Virus record (IMG/VR): IMGVR_UViG_3300003937_000247
Length of the DNA stretch: 64,000 nucleotides
DNA from: a virus
Direction: 5' to 3' (one strand)
Of the stretch, positions 1 to 9,690 are shown one piece after another. Under the pieces are notes generated by a model. It was not told the DNA's origin. It searched no databases and saw only the letters and a program-made list of their open reading frames with translations. The translations under genes and the position numbers were made by a program. Numbering within the stretch: the first letter of the stretch is position 1; each line of letters starts with the position of its first letter.

Positions 1-120
1 GCAATCTTAATTGATGATTATGAGAAGAATGTTAGAGAATTTACACGATCAGGCGGCGTTGGTATTCACCACACTAGTACATCAAAGACTATTTCTCAAC
101 TGAAAAAGTTGGGTTACTAA
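1..120 (+). CDS. 3' end of a HAD-type 5'(3')-deoxyribonucleotidase-like protein (partial)
   Basis: Frame 1 reads AILIDDYEKNVREFTRSGGVGIHH...LGY*. The ILIDD...GG.GI.H tail is typical of phage NT5C-like proteins. Confidence 0.6.
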   Translation, partial: AILIDDYEKNVREFTRSGGVGIHHTSTSKTISQLKKLGY

Positions 121-130
121 TCTCATTCCT

Positions 131-138
131 TATAAATA
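131..138 (+). promoter_or_regulatory. T4-type late promoter
   Basis: TATAAATA upstream of the 189 ORF. Confidence 0.8.
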
Positions 139-188
139 GTACTAGTTATATAACAGAATAAATTAATTAATTTAAAAGGAGAAAAGAT

Positions 189-803
189 ATGAGTGGATGG
201 GCAAAAGGAGCGGATACCGCTACAAATAAACCAAAACATTTATCTACTAACGAGAACTCCCAGTATAAAAAGCAAGATGTTTACGCAACCAATTCAGGTT
301 GGGTACAAAGAGCTGGTACGAAAGCGTCTGGTAACGATAATGCCAACGCACAACCAGAAGTCTTGGTCGCTATACGAGGGCTTGCAGGTACATCAGCAAC
401 GACTGGACTACAGGAAGCAACTATTACAAATGTAAGATTTGTAGCAGGCACTACTGCAGCTACAGACTTAACTGCTGGTTCATCTAGTCAAACAGTTCAA
501 ATAGAGGTAACTTGGGATGAAGCAGTTACAGTTACTGGAGCACCAGTAATGAAAGTTGTAAATGGTGGCGGTGGAACACACGATTGTGTTTATACTGCAA
601 CTGGTTCAACAGCTAACAGAAAGAGATTTACAGTAGCGAGTCAAACACTTGCAACTGGCAATGTTCTTTCATTAGGAACTGCTCTCCATGACGCAGTAAC
701 ATTACCAGGTGGAGCAACAATCAAAGATACTGCTTCAGGTACTATTAATTCGCAAAGAACTATTGCTGCTGGTATAAGAGTTACACATACAGTAGCTGCG
801 TAG
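189..803 (+). CDS. putative virion structural protein
   Basis: Late promoter, AGGAGA RBS, Thr/Ala/Gly-rich beta-type sequence. Confidence 0.5.
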   Translation: MSGWAKGADTATNKPKHLSTNENSQYKKQDVYATNSGWVQRAGTKASGNDNANAQPEVLVAIRGLAGTSATTGLQEATITNVRFVAGTTAATDLTAGSSSQTVQIEVTWDEAVTVTGAPVMKVVNGGGGTHDCVYTATGSTANRKRFTVASQTLATGNVLSLGTALHDAVTLPGGATIKDTASGTINSQRTIAAGIRVTHTVAA

Positions 804-825
804 TAGAACATAATTATTAACAATT

Positions 826-848
826 TAGGGGCGGTCAATCCGCCCTTA
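826..848 (+). terminator. stem-loop, probable terminator
   Basis: TAGGGGCGG-tcaat-CCGCCCTTA after the stop codon. Confidence 0.6.
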
Positions 849-854
849 TAAATA
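847..854 (+). promoter_or_regulatory. T4-type late promoter
   Basis: TATAAATA. Confidence 0.75.
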
Positions 855-919
855 TATTAACAAAGTGATCTAGGCAATTACCTAGAGTAGCATTCCCGAA
901 AGGGTTTAAAGGAGAATAA

Positions 920-1378
920 ATGGCAGACAAAAAGATAACGGCATTGACCGATTTGGGAGACTCGTTGGCAGCAGCTGACTTGCTCCATGTAGTTGACGAT
1001 CCGTCAGGTACACCAATCAATAAAAAAATATCAGCAGAAAATGTGTTTAACAATATACCATCGTGGTTAGGTTTAGCACAGACTTCACAGTCAATTACTG
1101 CTGACGCTTCATCACAAGTTGCTAACATAACAAGCGCTGTAACTGAAATCAACGCTACAAGTGCAACAGGTGCTATCTCATTAGCAGATGGTTCAGATGG
1201 ACAAATTAAAACTTGTATAAACACTTCAACATCAGGTACAAACAACGTAGTAATTACACCAACTAATTTAAGAGGTGGTTCTACAGTTACTTTGAACGCT
1301 GAAGGTGAAAATGTGACTTTGTTATTTAAAAATTCAAATTGGAATGTAATCGCAGGACACGGTTACGTTGTTGCATAA
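920..1378 (+). CDS. putative virion structural protein
   Basis: MADKKITALTDL N-terminus resembles marine T4-like structural proteins; late promoter and RBS present. Confidence 0.55.
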   Translation: MADKKITALTDLGDSLAAADLLHVVDDPSGTPINKKISAENVFNNIPSWLGLAQTSQSITADASSQVANITSAVTEINATSATGAISLADGSDGQIKTCINTSTSGTNNVVITPTNLRGGSTVTLNAEGENVTLLFKNSNWNVIAGHGYVVA

Positions 1379-1395
1379 TTTTATAGGAGAATATT

Positions 1396-1737
1396 ATGGG
1401 TATAACTACACAAACGTTAATGAAAGAAAGATTTACATTACAAAAAACGCTGAGCGATATGAACGGCAAAATACAAGTGATTGAAAAGGAAGTGACGCAG
1501 ATGAAAAATAATATGAATGCTGTACACGGAGCTTTACAACAATGTGAGAAACTAATTAAACTTGACGCTGAACATGGAAGAGATGATGGAACACAAGCAC
1601 CGATAAAAGAAATTGAAAACGGTCCACCAGCTCCTTTTGATGACGCTCTTAATGTATTGAATAAAGGGTCATCTTTAGATATTAAACCTAAAGAGGAGGC
1701 TCATCTTTTAAATGAAAAGAAAGAGCAAGAAAAATGA
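1396..1737 (+). CDS. hypothetical coiled-coil protein
   Basis: ORF with GGAGA RBS. Confidence 0.6.
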   Translation: MGITTQTLMKERFTLQKTLSDMNGKIQVIEKEVTQMKNNMNAVHGALQQCEKLIKLDAEHGRDDGTQAPIKEIENGPPAPFDDALNVLNKGSSLDIKPKEEAHLLNEKKEQEK

Positions 1738-1910
1738 AAGAAGATATCAACAATTTTTTAGAAGAACTGGCTAACAACACACCACACGTAGATCAGTTTA
1801 AAGATGTTGATAAGTTGAAGGAAAGTAATATGAAAGAGGTTGAAGAAGACCTTGTGGGTGGTAAAACTTTTAAGAAATTAAAGGACGAAGTAAACAGAGG
1901 AGAAAAATGA
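1734..1910 (+). CDS. small hypothetical protein (58 aa, not in ORF track)
   Basis: MKEDINNFLEELANN...RGEK*; ATGA overlaps at both ends. Confidence 0.65.
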   Translation: MKEDINNFLEELANNTPHVDQFKDVDKLKESNMKEVEEDLVGGKTFKKLKDEVNRGEK

Positions 1911-2332
1911 AAACATTTAAACAACATATAAAAGAAGATGGTAAGATGGTTGGCACAGCCACATCTAACGCAGTTGAAGATGGTTCTATTGGTGTTCATA
2001 ACATCCATGAACCTGCAATTTTGAATAAAGTAAATGCTTTTGTTGGCTCTATTGCTAATGGAGAATACATCAAACCTGAGGCTGCTCTTAATCAATTAAG
2101 TGCAAAATTAAGTACAATTGGTGTGACAGTAAAAGATAAAATTGAAATTAAAGATAAAAAGGGTAACTTTGAAAGTGCATTAGTTTATGCTGGAGGCCGT
2201 TTCGGAAAAGATACTGACGGTTCTGATTTAAATGATGATGGTATATCTCATAAAGGTAATAGTATAAAACTAAAAGGTAATTACGAAACATTAAAGAACG
2301 GCGCTGTTAAAGTTTATGCAGAGCTTGGCTAA
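1907..2332 (+). CDS. putative internal head protein (capsid-targeting-like N-terminus)
   Basis: MKTFKQHIKE resembles the T4 internal-protein CTS MKTYQEFIAE. Confidence 0.5.
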   Translation: MKTFKQHIKEDGKMVGTATSNAVEDGSIGVHNIHEPAILNKVNAFVGSIANGEYIKPEAALNQLSAKLSTIGVTVKDKIEIKDKKGNFESALVYAGGRFGKDTDGSDLNDDGISHKGNSIKLKGNYETLKNGAVKVYAELG

Positions 2333-2694
2333 TGTTTGATAGGATAACAAAGAAAAATTGGTTATTTTACGCTATAAAAAACTACAATGTTCCTAATTTA
2401 GATAGTGAACAGGAGTTTTATGAGGATGTAAAAAGATTTAAATATCTTAAACGTCTATTTCGTAAATATAAAACCACAGGCGAACTGAAAACTAGATTAG
2501 TATTAAATCATATTATAGTATTAACAAATGTATTTGGTAATGAGGCAGCGGCTACATTATTATTATTTAAAGTTGAAAGAGAGTATTGGTCGGTATTAAA
2601 AACTTTCTTACAATATTTAAATGTAATTACAATAGATGAGTTGCCAAACATAAAAGTACATAAAACTTTGTTGTCAAGTTTGGAGAAATTATAA
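2332..2694 (+). CDS. conserved T4-like hypothetical protein
   Basis: FYEDVKRFKYLKRLF...RLVLNHIIVLTNVFG pattern recognised from marine T4-like phages. Confidence 0.65.
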   Translation: MFDRITKKNWLFYAIKNYNVPNLDSEQEFYEDVKRFKYLKRLFRKYKTTGELKTRLVLNHIIVLTNVFGNEAAATLLLFKVEREYWSVLKTFLQYLNVITIDELPNIKVHKTLLSSLEKL

Positions 2695-3284
2695 TGGGAC
2701 GAGCCATAGATTTATTAATAACATATAGAGTAATCAAAATGTTGGTTACACCTTGGACGAGCCATGACGCATATAAGTATGGGATTATTGATGATAATGG
2801 AAAAATATTACGAAGAATGAGAGACCTGAAGATAGCTAAAGAGAAAGATTCTTATACTATACTTCATAGATTTGTTTTTAATTTGAAAAGATTACTAGGG
2901 TTATTACCTGGAGGTAAATCAAAGTTTGCTTCATATGCAGCTGCTTTGGCTTTATTATTAAAAGAAAACAAAGATGTAAATGCTATTGAAATAGAAAAAG
3001 CATTGTACAAACATCTTGTTGAGAATAATTTAATAGCATATGATGATGATGTAAAAGAGTCTGTTGGATTTGATTTCTTACCAGAAGGTAAATATATAAT
3101 GACAGATAGATTGGAAGATTTAGAAGGTGATACAACTGGTGATGTAGGTGATGTTGTTTATACAACTGAAAACCAAAAACCTTTTGAGAATTATTTTGGA
3201 GTTAATCTTTACCATGTTATAAACGAAGATACAAGAAAACAGATTATAGTATCCGAGGATAATATAGAGAGGATAAAATTGTAA
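2694..3284 (+). CDS. conserved T4-like hypothetical protein
   Basis: AYKYGIIDDNGK...YTILHRFVFNLKRLL pattern. Confidence 0.65.
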   Translation: MGRAIDLLITYRVIKMLVTPWTSHDAYKYGIIDDNGKILRRMRDLKIAKEKDSYTILHRFVFNLKRLLGLLPGGKSKFASYAAALALLLKENKDVNAIEIEKALYKHLVENNLIAYDDDVKESVGFDFLPEGKYIMTDRLEDLEGDTTGDVGDVVYTTENQKPFENYFGVNLYHVINEDTRKQIIVSEDNIERIKL

Positions 3285-3692
3285 ATGAAATCGTTTAAAG
3301 AATTTAGAATTTCAGAAGACGCTCCTACAAATGCAGTAGGCGATGGATCAAATGTTGCAATGCCACCATCACACGAGCCTGGTGTTCACGTAAAGAAGAA
3401 AAAGAAAGAGAATCCTTTAACAAGATTAATCAGTAGATTTAAAGTAAAGGAAGACTATAATAAGATAGAGGTTGAAAACTTAATTAACAAGATTGAAAGT
3501 AGCCAAGAGGTACAATTAACTCAAATTGAACCTATCAAAAACAATATAAAATCTAAAAAACAACAAGGTACATATACTGAACAATTTGGTATGGCTGCAT
3601 TTAGATATGTGGTAGATAGTCAAATCACATCAACTGTATCTGAAAAATTTAGAAATCAGGTTGCTTCTCAATTACTTTCAAAACACGTATGA
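3285..3692 (+). CDS. putative internal head protein
   Basis: MKSFKEFRISE CTS-like start followed by an EDAPTNAVG motif. Confidence 0.5.
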   Translation: MKSFKEFRISEDAPTNAVGDGSNVAMPPSHEPGVHVKKKKKENPLTRLISRFKVKEDYNKIEVENLINKIESSQEVQLTQIEPIKNNIKSKKQQGTYTEQFGMAAFRYVVDSQITSTVSEKFRNQVASQLLSKHV

Positions 3693-3946
3693 AAACATTT
3701 AAAGAAATAAGAGGAGAGAGTTATATGAGAGGGTTTGGAATAGGTCCTTTAGATACATTAAAACCTATGAACTCTATGGGTTCATCTGGTCAATTTTTTC
3801 CAAACAGAAGATACGCAACTACAATGCCTGCTTTAACAGCAACGGCAAAGGGACCTGGGTTGGGAACAATTAAACCGTCAGCAAGTATGTTGACTGCAAA
3901 CAAAAAGAAAAACAAAAAGGGAGATAAAGATGTCAGAAGAAATTAG
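3689..3946 (+). CDS. putative small internal head protein
   Basis: MKTFKEIRGE CTS-like start, basic C-terminus. Confidence 0.45.
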   Translation: MKTFKEIRGESYMRGFGIGPLDTLKPMNSMGSSGQFFPNRRYATTMPALTATAKGPGLGTIKPSASMLTANKKKNKKGDKDVRRN

Positions 3947-4097
3947 ATATGGCGCTGGTGGCGTTCCTTACAAAGCAAAAGCCGCAGTAGCGCCTAAGGA
4001 AAAAGTTAAAAAAGCTGAAGTTAAAGACGAAGTAATTTCAGAAATTTTAATTAAAAATCCTAATAAAGAAGACAAAGAAGAAAACAAAAAGGACTAA
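3930..4097 (+). CDS. small charged hypothetical protein (55 aa)
   Basis: MSEEIRYGAGGVPYK...KKD*, GGAG RBS. Confidence 0.55.
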   Translation: MSEEIRYGAGGVPYKAKAAVAPKEKVKKAEVKDEVISEILIKNPNKEDKEENKKD

Positions 4098-4103
4098 TCA
4101 TAT

Positions 4104-4685
4104 ATGATAGAAACATTAATCGCATTAGCAATGAAGTTTTGGATGTGGTCATTATTAATATTATTTGTTGTTATAGGTTTTGTTATTAATTTACTAGATA
4201 AAAGAAAAACAACGAGCTTAAATTTTTCTTATGAAAAGTTACCACACTTACAACCACTTGTTATGCCTACAAAAGATAAAGGTTTTTTTAGAGGTATAGT
4301 GATGTGGTTATTAAGCACAAGAAATTGGAAACTTTTAACTGATTTTAGATATACTATGCACGGTATAGATTATGTGATACCTGAAGGTTTTACATTTGAC
4401 GGTGCAAGTATTCCTAAATTTTTAAGATCGTTTTTTTCACCAGTTGGTGTATTACTAATTGGTGGTCTTGTACACGATTTTATGTACAAGTATGCTGCTT
4501 TAAAACCTGCAGCTAAAAAAGGTTCACTTCTATTAGTTGATCAAAAGAAAGCAGATCAAATCTTTAGAGATATAAACATAGAGGTAAACGGCTTCTATTT
4601 TATGAACTACTTGGCGTACTGGTCATTAAGATTAGGTGGTTGGCTCGCTTGGAATGGTCATAGAAGAAGAAATATTAAACTTTAA
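4104..4685 (+). CDS. DUF1353-family protein with N-terminal TM helix
   Basis: IPEGFTFDGASIP...HDFMY...ADQIF motifs. Confidence 0.75.
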   Translation: MIETLIALAMKFWMWSLLILFVVIGFVINLLDKRKTTSLNFSYEKLPHLQPLVMPTKDKGFFRGIVMWLLSTRNWKLLTDFRYTMHGIDYVIPEGFTFDGASIPKFLRSFFSPVGVLLIGGLVHDFMYKYAALKPAAKKGSLLLVDQKKADQIFRDINIEVNGFYFMNYLAYWSLRLGGWLAWNGHRRRNIKL

Positions 4686-4701
4686 AAAGGAGATAAAAAA
4701 T

Positions 4702-4863
4702 ATGTTAAGTTGGATTACAAATAGAGTAAAAGAAGTATCATCATGGCATGGCGGTGCTTTAATTGCAATGGGTCTAATAATATTGTTTGCTGGACCTATA
4801 GCTAAAATGGCTGCATGGGCTGCTATCGCTTGGGGCTTGTGGGCAATTTGGAAAAAAGGCTAA
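4702..4863 (+). CDS. small two-TM membrane protein (holin-like)
   Basis: MLSWITNRVKEVSSWHGGALIAMG..., AGGAG RBS, directly upstream of the spanins. Confidence 0.45.
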   Translation: MLSWITNRVKEVSSWHGGALIAMGLIILFAGPIAKMAAWAAIAWGLWAIWKKG

Positions 4864-4864
4864 A

Positions 4865-5332
4865 ATGTTTGGCCTTAGATTATTTTTTATAGGAATAGTT
4901 GCTACCGCCATTGCTGGCGGTGGCTTCTATGTGATGAAGTTGAGAAGTGATAATGCTATTTTGAAACTAAATCAAATCAAATTAGAATCAGCAGTCGCTG
5001 AACAACAACAACTCATAGAAAATCAACAGAAGGACTTTGAAGAAATACTAGTCGCAAATCAAAAGATGAACGAGTTAGTAGGTGTTTTGAAAAAAGACCT
5101 TGATGATTTAGATAAAAGATTTAACAAAAAAAATAGAGATGTAGGCAAGCTTGCAATTTCAAAAACAAAAGCAATAGAACGAATTACAAACAATGGTTCT
5201 AAAAATGCTAATAGATGTATGGAAATAGCAAGTGGTGCTGAATTAACAGAAAAAGAAAAGAATGCTACAAAGAAGTCCGAAATTAATCCTGAATGTCCTA
5301 GTATCGCTAATCCTAATTACGTTCCTTACTAG
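4865..5332 (+). CDS. i-spanin (Rz-like, T4 pseT.3 analogue)
   Basis: N-terminal TM helix, long coiled coil, C-terminal Cys; overlaps a lipoprotein gene. Confidence 0.65.
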   Translation: MFGLRLFFIGIVATAIAGGGFYVMKLRSDNAILKLNQIKLESAVAEQQQLIENQQKDFEEILVANQKMNELVGVLKKDLDDLDKRFNKKNRDVGKLAISKTKAIERITNNGSKNANRCMEIASGAELTEKEKNATKKSEINPECPSIANPNYVPY

Positions 5333-5654
5333 TTGCTCGGGTGTTAAAAAATTAAGTATCTTCAAAGAAGAGGTGCCTAGAGCACAACTTAATTTAGATA
5401 AACCTACGCCACTACAATTAGAACAATTACAATGGATTATTATTACTAGTGAGAACGCTGAGGAAGTGTTCAAAAAACTAGAGGAAAAGGGTATAGACCC
5501 AGTATTATGGGGATTAACAGACAAAGACTTTGAATTATTAGCAAAAAACTTCGCAAGAATTAGAAATCAAATGAAGATTACAAATGATTTACTAGATAAA
5601 TATAAAGAGTATTACGAAGGAGAAGACGAGAAGAAAGAGGGAGACTCAAAGTAA
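5262..5654 (+). CDS. o-spanin lipoprotein (Rz1-like, T4 pseT.2 analogue)
   Basis: Lipobox LTSC, Pro-containing linker, overlapped with the i-spanin. Confidence 0.65.
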   Translation: MLQRSPKLILNVLVSLILITFLTSCSGVKKLSIFKEEVPRAQLNLDKPTPLQLEQLQWIIITSENAEEVFKKLEEKGIDPVLWGLTDKDFELLAKNFARIRNQMKITNDLLDKYKEYYEGEDEKKEGDSK

Positions 5655-5720
5655 ACCAGGAAAAAAGATGTCGCTCCAAAAGCGGAGTAGCTTTTTGCTG
5701 AAAAAGACGGACAATATAAT

Positions 5721-6170
5721 ATGGGTAGATTAAATATATCAAGTGAATCGGCAGTAAGTATGCCAATGAAAAACTTAATTGCTATTGTTGGAGCAGTAGC
5801 TATGGGAGTGTGGGCTTACTTCGGTGTGATTGAGCGATTGAACAAATTGGAAACTAATACAACACTATTAGAAAAAGATTTAATACAGACAGAGGAAGCG
5901 CTTACAACTGATATTGAACAGAATAACGAATTTAGGATTAAATGGCCAAGGGGAGATTTAGGTTCTCCACCTGCTGATTCAGAGCAATTTATGCTGATTG
6001 AATTTTTAAGTGGCCAGGTGGAATCTATACAGAAGCAACTTGAAGGAATGATGAACAATAAGGTTAACATTGAAAGGTTACAGACAGATATGGATAAAGC
6101 TTTAGAAGATATAGAAAAATTAAAGGACAAATTAAGAGAAGCCAAGAACGGCTATAACACAGGAGAATAA
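5721..6170 (+). CDS. membrane-anchored coiled-coil hypothetical protein
   Basis: Single TM helix plus coiled coil. Confidence 0.6.
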   Translation: MGRLNISSESAVSMPMKNLIAIVGAVAMGVWAYFGVIERLNKLETNTTLLEKDLIQTEEALTTDIEQNNEFRIKWPRGDLGSPPADSEQFMLIEFLSGQVESIQKQLEGMMNNKVNIERLQTDMDKALEDIEKLKDKLREAKNGYNTGE

Positions 6171-6173
6171 CAT

Positions 6174-6476
6174 ATGGACGCAACAACTTTAGTCACTATA
6201 ATAACAATGTTTGTTGTGACAAATACATCAAGCGAATTTATAAAATATGATGGATTAATGGATTGTCTTAAAGACAAAAGAGCCATAGAAAAGAAAAAAG
6301 ATGGTCGTAGAGCAATTTGTGGTCCATCCATGGCAGAAATTGACGCAGACGGTAACATTGTCAGTATTAAAAATAAAATGCCAGACCAATCAGGTAGTTT
6401 AAAACTTGGTGGTACAGCGAAGTCACTTACTGAAAAGAAAAAGAAGAAACAAACAGAAGTGTTAACACAGGATTAA
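6174..6476 (+). CDS. hypothetical protein (CLKxKRxxEK family)
   Basis: MDCLKDKRAIEK motif shared with 7517..7987. Confidence 0.55.
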   Translation: MDATTLVTIITMFVVTNTSSEFIKYDGLMDCLKDKRAIEKKKDGRRAICGPSMAEIDADGNIVSIKNKMPDQSGSLKLGGTAKSLTEKKKKKQTEVLTQD

Positions 6477-6480
6477 TTAT

Positions 6481-7515
6481 ATGAAAAAATTATTAATGAT
6501 ATTATTTACAACTCTATTATTAGTAGGTTGTAATACAAATAAAAGTATTAAAATAGAACAAGAAGTAGGTTTACTTCAAACTGTAAAAGAACGAGGTTAT
6601 GTTGTATGTGGAGTTAATGCAGGCTTGCCTGGTTTCTCTGCTCAGGATGACGCAGGAAACTGGAGTGGTTTAGATGTTGACTTCTGTAAAGCAGTATCCG
6701 CTGGCATATTTGGAGATTCAAGTAAAGTAGAATTTGTAGGATTAAATGCTGCTCAAAGATTTCCAACATTAGCGTCTGGCAATATTGATGTACTTGCAAG
6801 AAACACAACTTGGACAATCAGTAGAGATGTGAACTTAATGTTTGAATTTGCAGGTGTTAATTATTATGATGGTCAAGGATTTTTAGTACCAACACATTTA
6901 GAGATTAGAAGTGCAACACAATTAGATGGTGCGTTTGTTTGTATTACAAAAGAAACTACAAGTGAATTAAATCTAAATGATTATTTTGCAGAAAATAATA
7001 TGCAATATCAACCAATTTATGTTGAAGGTAATAAAGACGCAAAGGCAAAACTATTTGCTGGCGAGTGTGATGTATTTACTACAGACGCTTCTGGTTTAGC
7101 ATCCGCAAGAGCAGGTGCAGAAGACCCTAGTAAATGGGTAGTCTTACCAGAAATTATATCTAAAGAACCATTAGGTCCACTTGTAAGACAAGGCGACCAA
7201 GAGTGGGAAGATGTAATAAGATGGACACATTTCATTATGATAAATGCTGAAGAGGCAGGTATTACTTCTGAAAATGTTGACTCAATGTTAGATAGTAAGA
7301 ACAAAGAAGTTTTAAGAATTTTAGGTGAAGAAGGTTATATCGGTCCTATGTTAGGACTTGGTATGAAATTTGGTTATAATATTATCAAACAAGTTGGTAA
7401 TTACGGAGAATCTTTTGAAAGAAACGTAGGACCAAAAACACCTCTTGCATTAGAAAGAGGACTAAATAAACTATGGAAGGATGGTGGCGTGATGTACGTA
7501 CCACCAATCAGATAA
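6481..7515 (+). CDS. aapJ: general L-amino acid ABC transporter substrate-binding protein (AapJ/BztA family)
   Basis: VCGVNAGLPGFS, GLDVDFCKA, LARNTTWT, NYYDGQGF, IISKEPLGP, VGNYGE, RGLNKLW..GG motifs; lipobox LVGC. Confidence 0.92.
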   Translation: MKKLLMILFTTLLLVGCNTNKSIKIEQEVGLLQTVKERGYVVCGVNAGLPGFSAQDDAGNWSGLDVDFCKAVSAGIFGDSSKVEFVGLNAAQRFPTLASGNIDVLARNTTWTISRDVNLMFEFAGVNYYDGQGFLVPTHLEIRSATQLDGAFVCITKETTSELNLNDYFAENNMQYQPIYVEGNKDAKAKLFAGECDVFTTDASGLASARAGAEDPSKWVVLPEIISKEPLGPLVRQGDQEWEDVIRWTHFIMINAEEAGITSENVDSMLDSKNKEVLRILGEEGYIGPMLGLGMKFGYNIIKQVGNYGESFERNVGPKTPLALERGLNKLWKDGGVMYVPPIR

Positions 7516-7516
7516 T

Positions 7517-7987
7517 ATGTTTAAAAAAATTAAAGACGCAATTAAATTTCACAATCCATGGGAAAAATGGGCTGTGATAATTTGTCTTGCTGTATTATTA
7601 TGTGTTAGTTTTTCAGCTGCTAAAGCAGACTGCACAGGTTGTGGAGATGATGGTCATCAACAATGTCCATTAGACGGCAATGAACATTCACACGCACCAA
7701 AACCCGAAGTAGTATTTGCTGTTTGTGTATTTGCAGATGGCTCATTGATAGACCATAAAGGTGCTAACTCAATGTCCGATTGCTTAAAGACTAAAAGAGA
7801 AGTTGAAAAGGCTTGGAGAAATAAATCAGAAGAAACAGATAGTGTTGAAATAAATGGTATTACTTACAAGATTGATGGAGAAAGTTTAGCATTTATGTGT
7901 GATTTAGTGGATGCTCAAGTACATCATTATGAAGATGGTACTTGGGAAATTATAGAAATTTTAGGTAAACATAAAAAGGACGAATAA
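7517..7987 (+). CDS. secreted hypothetical protein (CLKxKRxxEK family, Cys/His-rich N-terminus)
   Basis: Signal peptide, CTGC...HQQC...HSH, MSDCLKTKREVEK. Confidence 0.55.
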   Translation: MFKKIKDAIKFHNPWEKWAVIICLAVLLCVSFSAAKADCTGCGDDGHQQCPLDGNEHSHAPKPEVVFAVCVFADGSLIDHKGANSMSDCLKTKREVEKAWRNKSEETDSVEINGITYKIDGESLAFMCDLVDAQVHHYEDGTWEIIEILGKHKKDE

Positions 7988-8175
7988 TTTACAATGATAG
8001 ATAATGATACAATATTGACAATATCCAGATTATGGCCAATCTTTGTGGCATTTATTATCCTAATTATTAACCTAGCACAATCTCATTACAGAATTAAGGT
8101 ATTAGAGGAAAAAGTTAAGACAGCTTTTGATTTAATTAATAAGTTACAAGATAAAAAATAAATAAATATTATATT

Positions 8176-8994
8176 ATGGGAACGAACTTGAAAAGAATGA
8201 TAGTAAGTGGTGATAGTTGCACCGAAGCAGAATTTTGGTCTAATTGTCATCCTACTTGGGATTTTAATTATCCAAAATGGCCTGAATATGTAGCCGAACA
8301 TTTTGGTTTGAAGTTAATTAATTTAGCTAGAGGCGGACAAGGCAATCAATACATATATCACACACTATTAGAAGAAGTTACAAATACACCTAAAGAAGAC
8401 ATAGGTTTAGTTATGGCTGGTTGGTCACAATGTCATAGAAAAGATTATGAAACAGGTTGGATGAATAATTGTTGGCATTCCAAAAGAGTAGATCAGGATG
8501 GCGACTTATTACATTGGGTAAGTAAAACTTTAAGACACTATTTAAGTTTTCAAATAATGTGTGAAAGATATAGTCTACCATACTATCATTTCCAAATGGG
8601 TGATTTATTTGAATGTTATTTGAACGGATTACAACCTACTGAAAATGACAGATTATTAGGCAAGACAGATGAAAATGATACAATGGAATATCCAGGAAAA
8701 AGAGATAGAGATGAACAACATATACTTGGTAGAATTACGTCATATGATCCTCACATAAAGAATTTTATTGGTTGGCCAGGCCTACAAGATAAGTATAGAG
8801 GATTTAATTGGCAGTTAGCTGGTAAAAAAGGATTTACTATGCACGATCAAATAATAGGTAAAGATAGGGTAGAAATAAAAAGAAGACAAAGATCCGTATC
8901 AGAATTAGATGATCATCCGAATAAAGAAGGTCATAAAGCAATGGCAGATTTTATAATAGGACAAATGACTGGCTTTGATCCAAATGCTAGATAA
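8176..8994 (+). CDS. SGNH/GDSL-like hydrolase-fold protein
   Basis: GDSCT N-terminal motif, G.GN, C-terminal DDHP. Confidence 0.5.
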   Translation: MGTNLKRMIVSGDSCTEAEFWSNCHPTWDFNYPKWPEYVAEHFGLKLINLARGGQGNQYIYHTLLEEVTNTPKEDIGLVMAGWSQCHRKDYETGWMNNCWHSKRVDQDGDLLHWVSKTLRHYLSFQIMCERYSLPYYHFQMGDLFECYLNGLQPTENDRLLGKTDENDTMEYPGKRDRDEQHILGRITSYDPHIKNFIGWPGLQDKYRGFNWQLAGKKGFTMHDQIIGKDRVEIKRRQRSVSELDDHPNKEGHKAMADFIIGQMTGFDPNAR

Positions 8995-9051
8995 GATTTA
9001 CTTCTACGCAGGTATTATCGGTATAGTAATTACTTTAAGTATCACTCTTAT

Positions 9052-9690
9052 TTGGCTATTCAGTTTTTTATTCTAATGAAAAAAAATATAATTAAAAAAG
9101 ATAAAACTTTATTATTATTAATTGAGTTTGAAGGCGTTCCAGAAGCACAAGCCGACAATCTACTTGATGAGATTAGGTATAGTTATCTAAAAAGATTACT
9201 ATTTGAGCACCCAGCAACTTCTTTACTTATTCTATCAGACCACCGAAGAGCAAATACTAGAATAGCCGCAATATTAGATCATTTACAAGATAGTAGAAGA
9301 ACACATACACATTCCATTGTGAATATTACACCAATCAAAACAACAATGGAAGATATCTACTCTATAGCAGATGTCCAAGGTTATAATATTCAGAATGTTA
9401 TTGTAGCAGGTTGTAATACAACAGGTTGTGTCTTTGAATCTATGCCTTATTCAGCAGTAAAATGGGCTCAAGCAGGCCATTTTGTACAGATAGTATTACC
9501 AATGTGTGGTGACGCTGACATACACGGTATAGGTCCTGAAAAATATATAAGATCATTTGCTCGTTTATATAAAAAAATTAAAAAGGCTAATGTTTTTAAA
9601 AATGTTGAAATAGTAAGTGAACTTCATACTGTGTTGCATTTTAATAATGGTGTGCAATCTAACAGATTTGATATAGAACCTAAAATTTAA
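9052..9690 (+). CDS. hypothetical, possibly isochorismatase/cysteine-hydrolase-like
   Basis: VIVAGCNTTGCV resembles the G..T..CV catalytic motif; the start is probably ATG ~9076. Confidence 0.35.
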   Translation: MAIQFFILMKKNIIKKDKTLLLLIEFEGVPEAQADNLLDEIRYSYLKRLLFEHPATSLLILSDHRRANTRIAAILDHLQDSRRTHTHSIVNITPIKTTMEDIYSIADVQGYNIQNVIVAGCNTTGCVFESMPYSAVKWAQAGHFVQIVLPMCGDADIHGIGPEKYIRSFARLYKKIKKANVFKNVEIVSELHTVLHFNNGVQSNRFDIEPKI

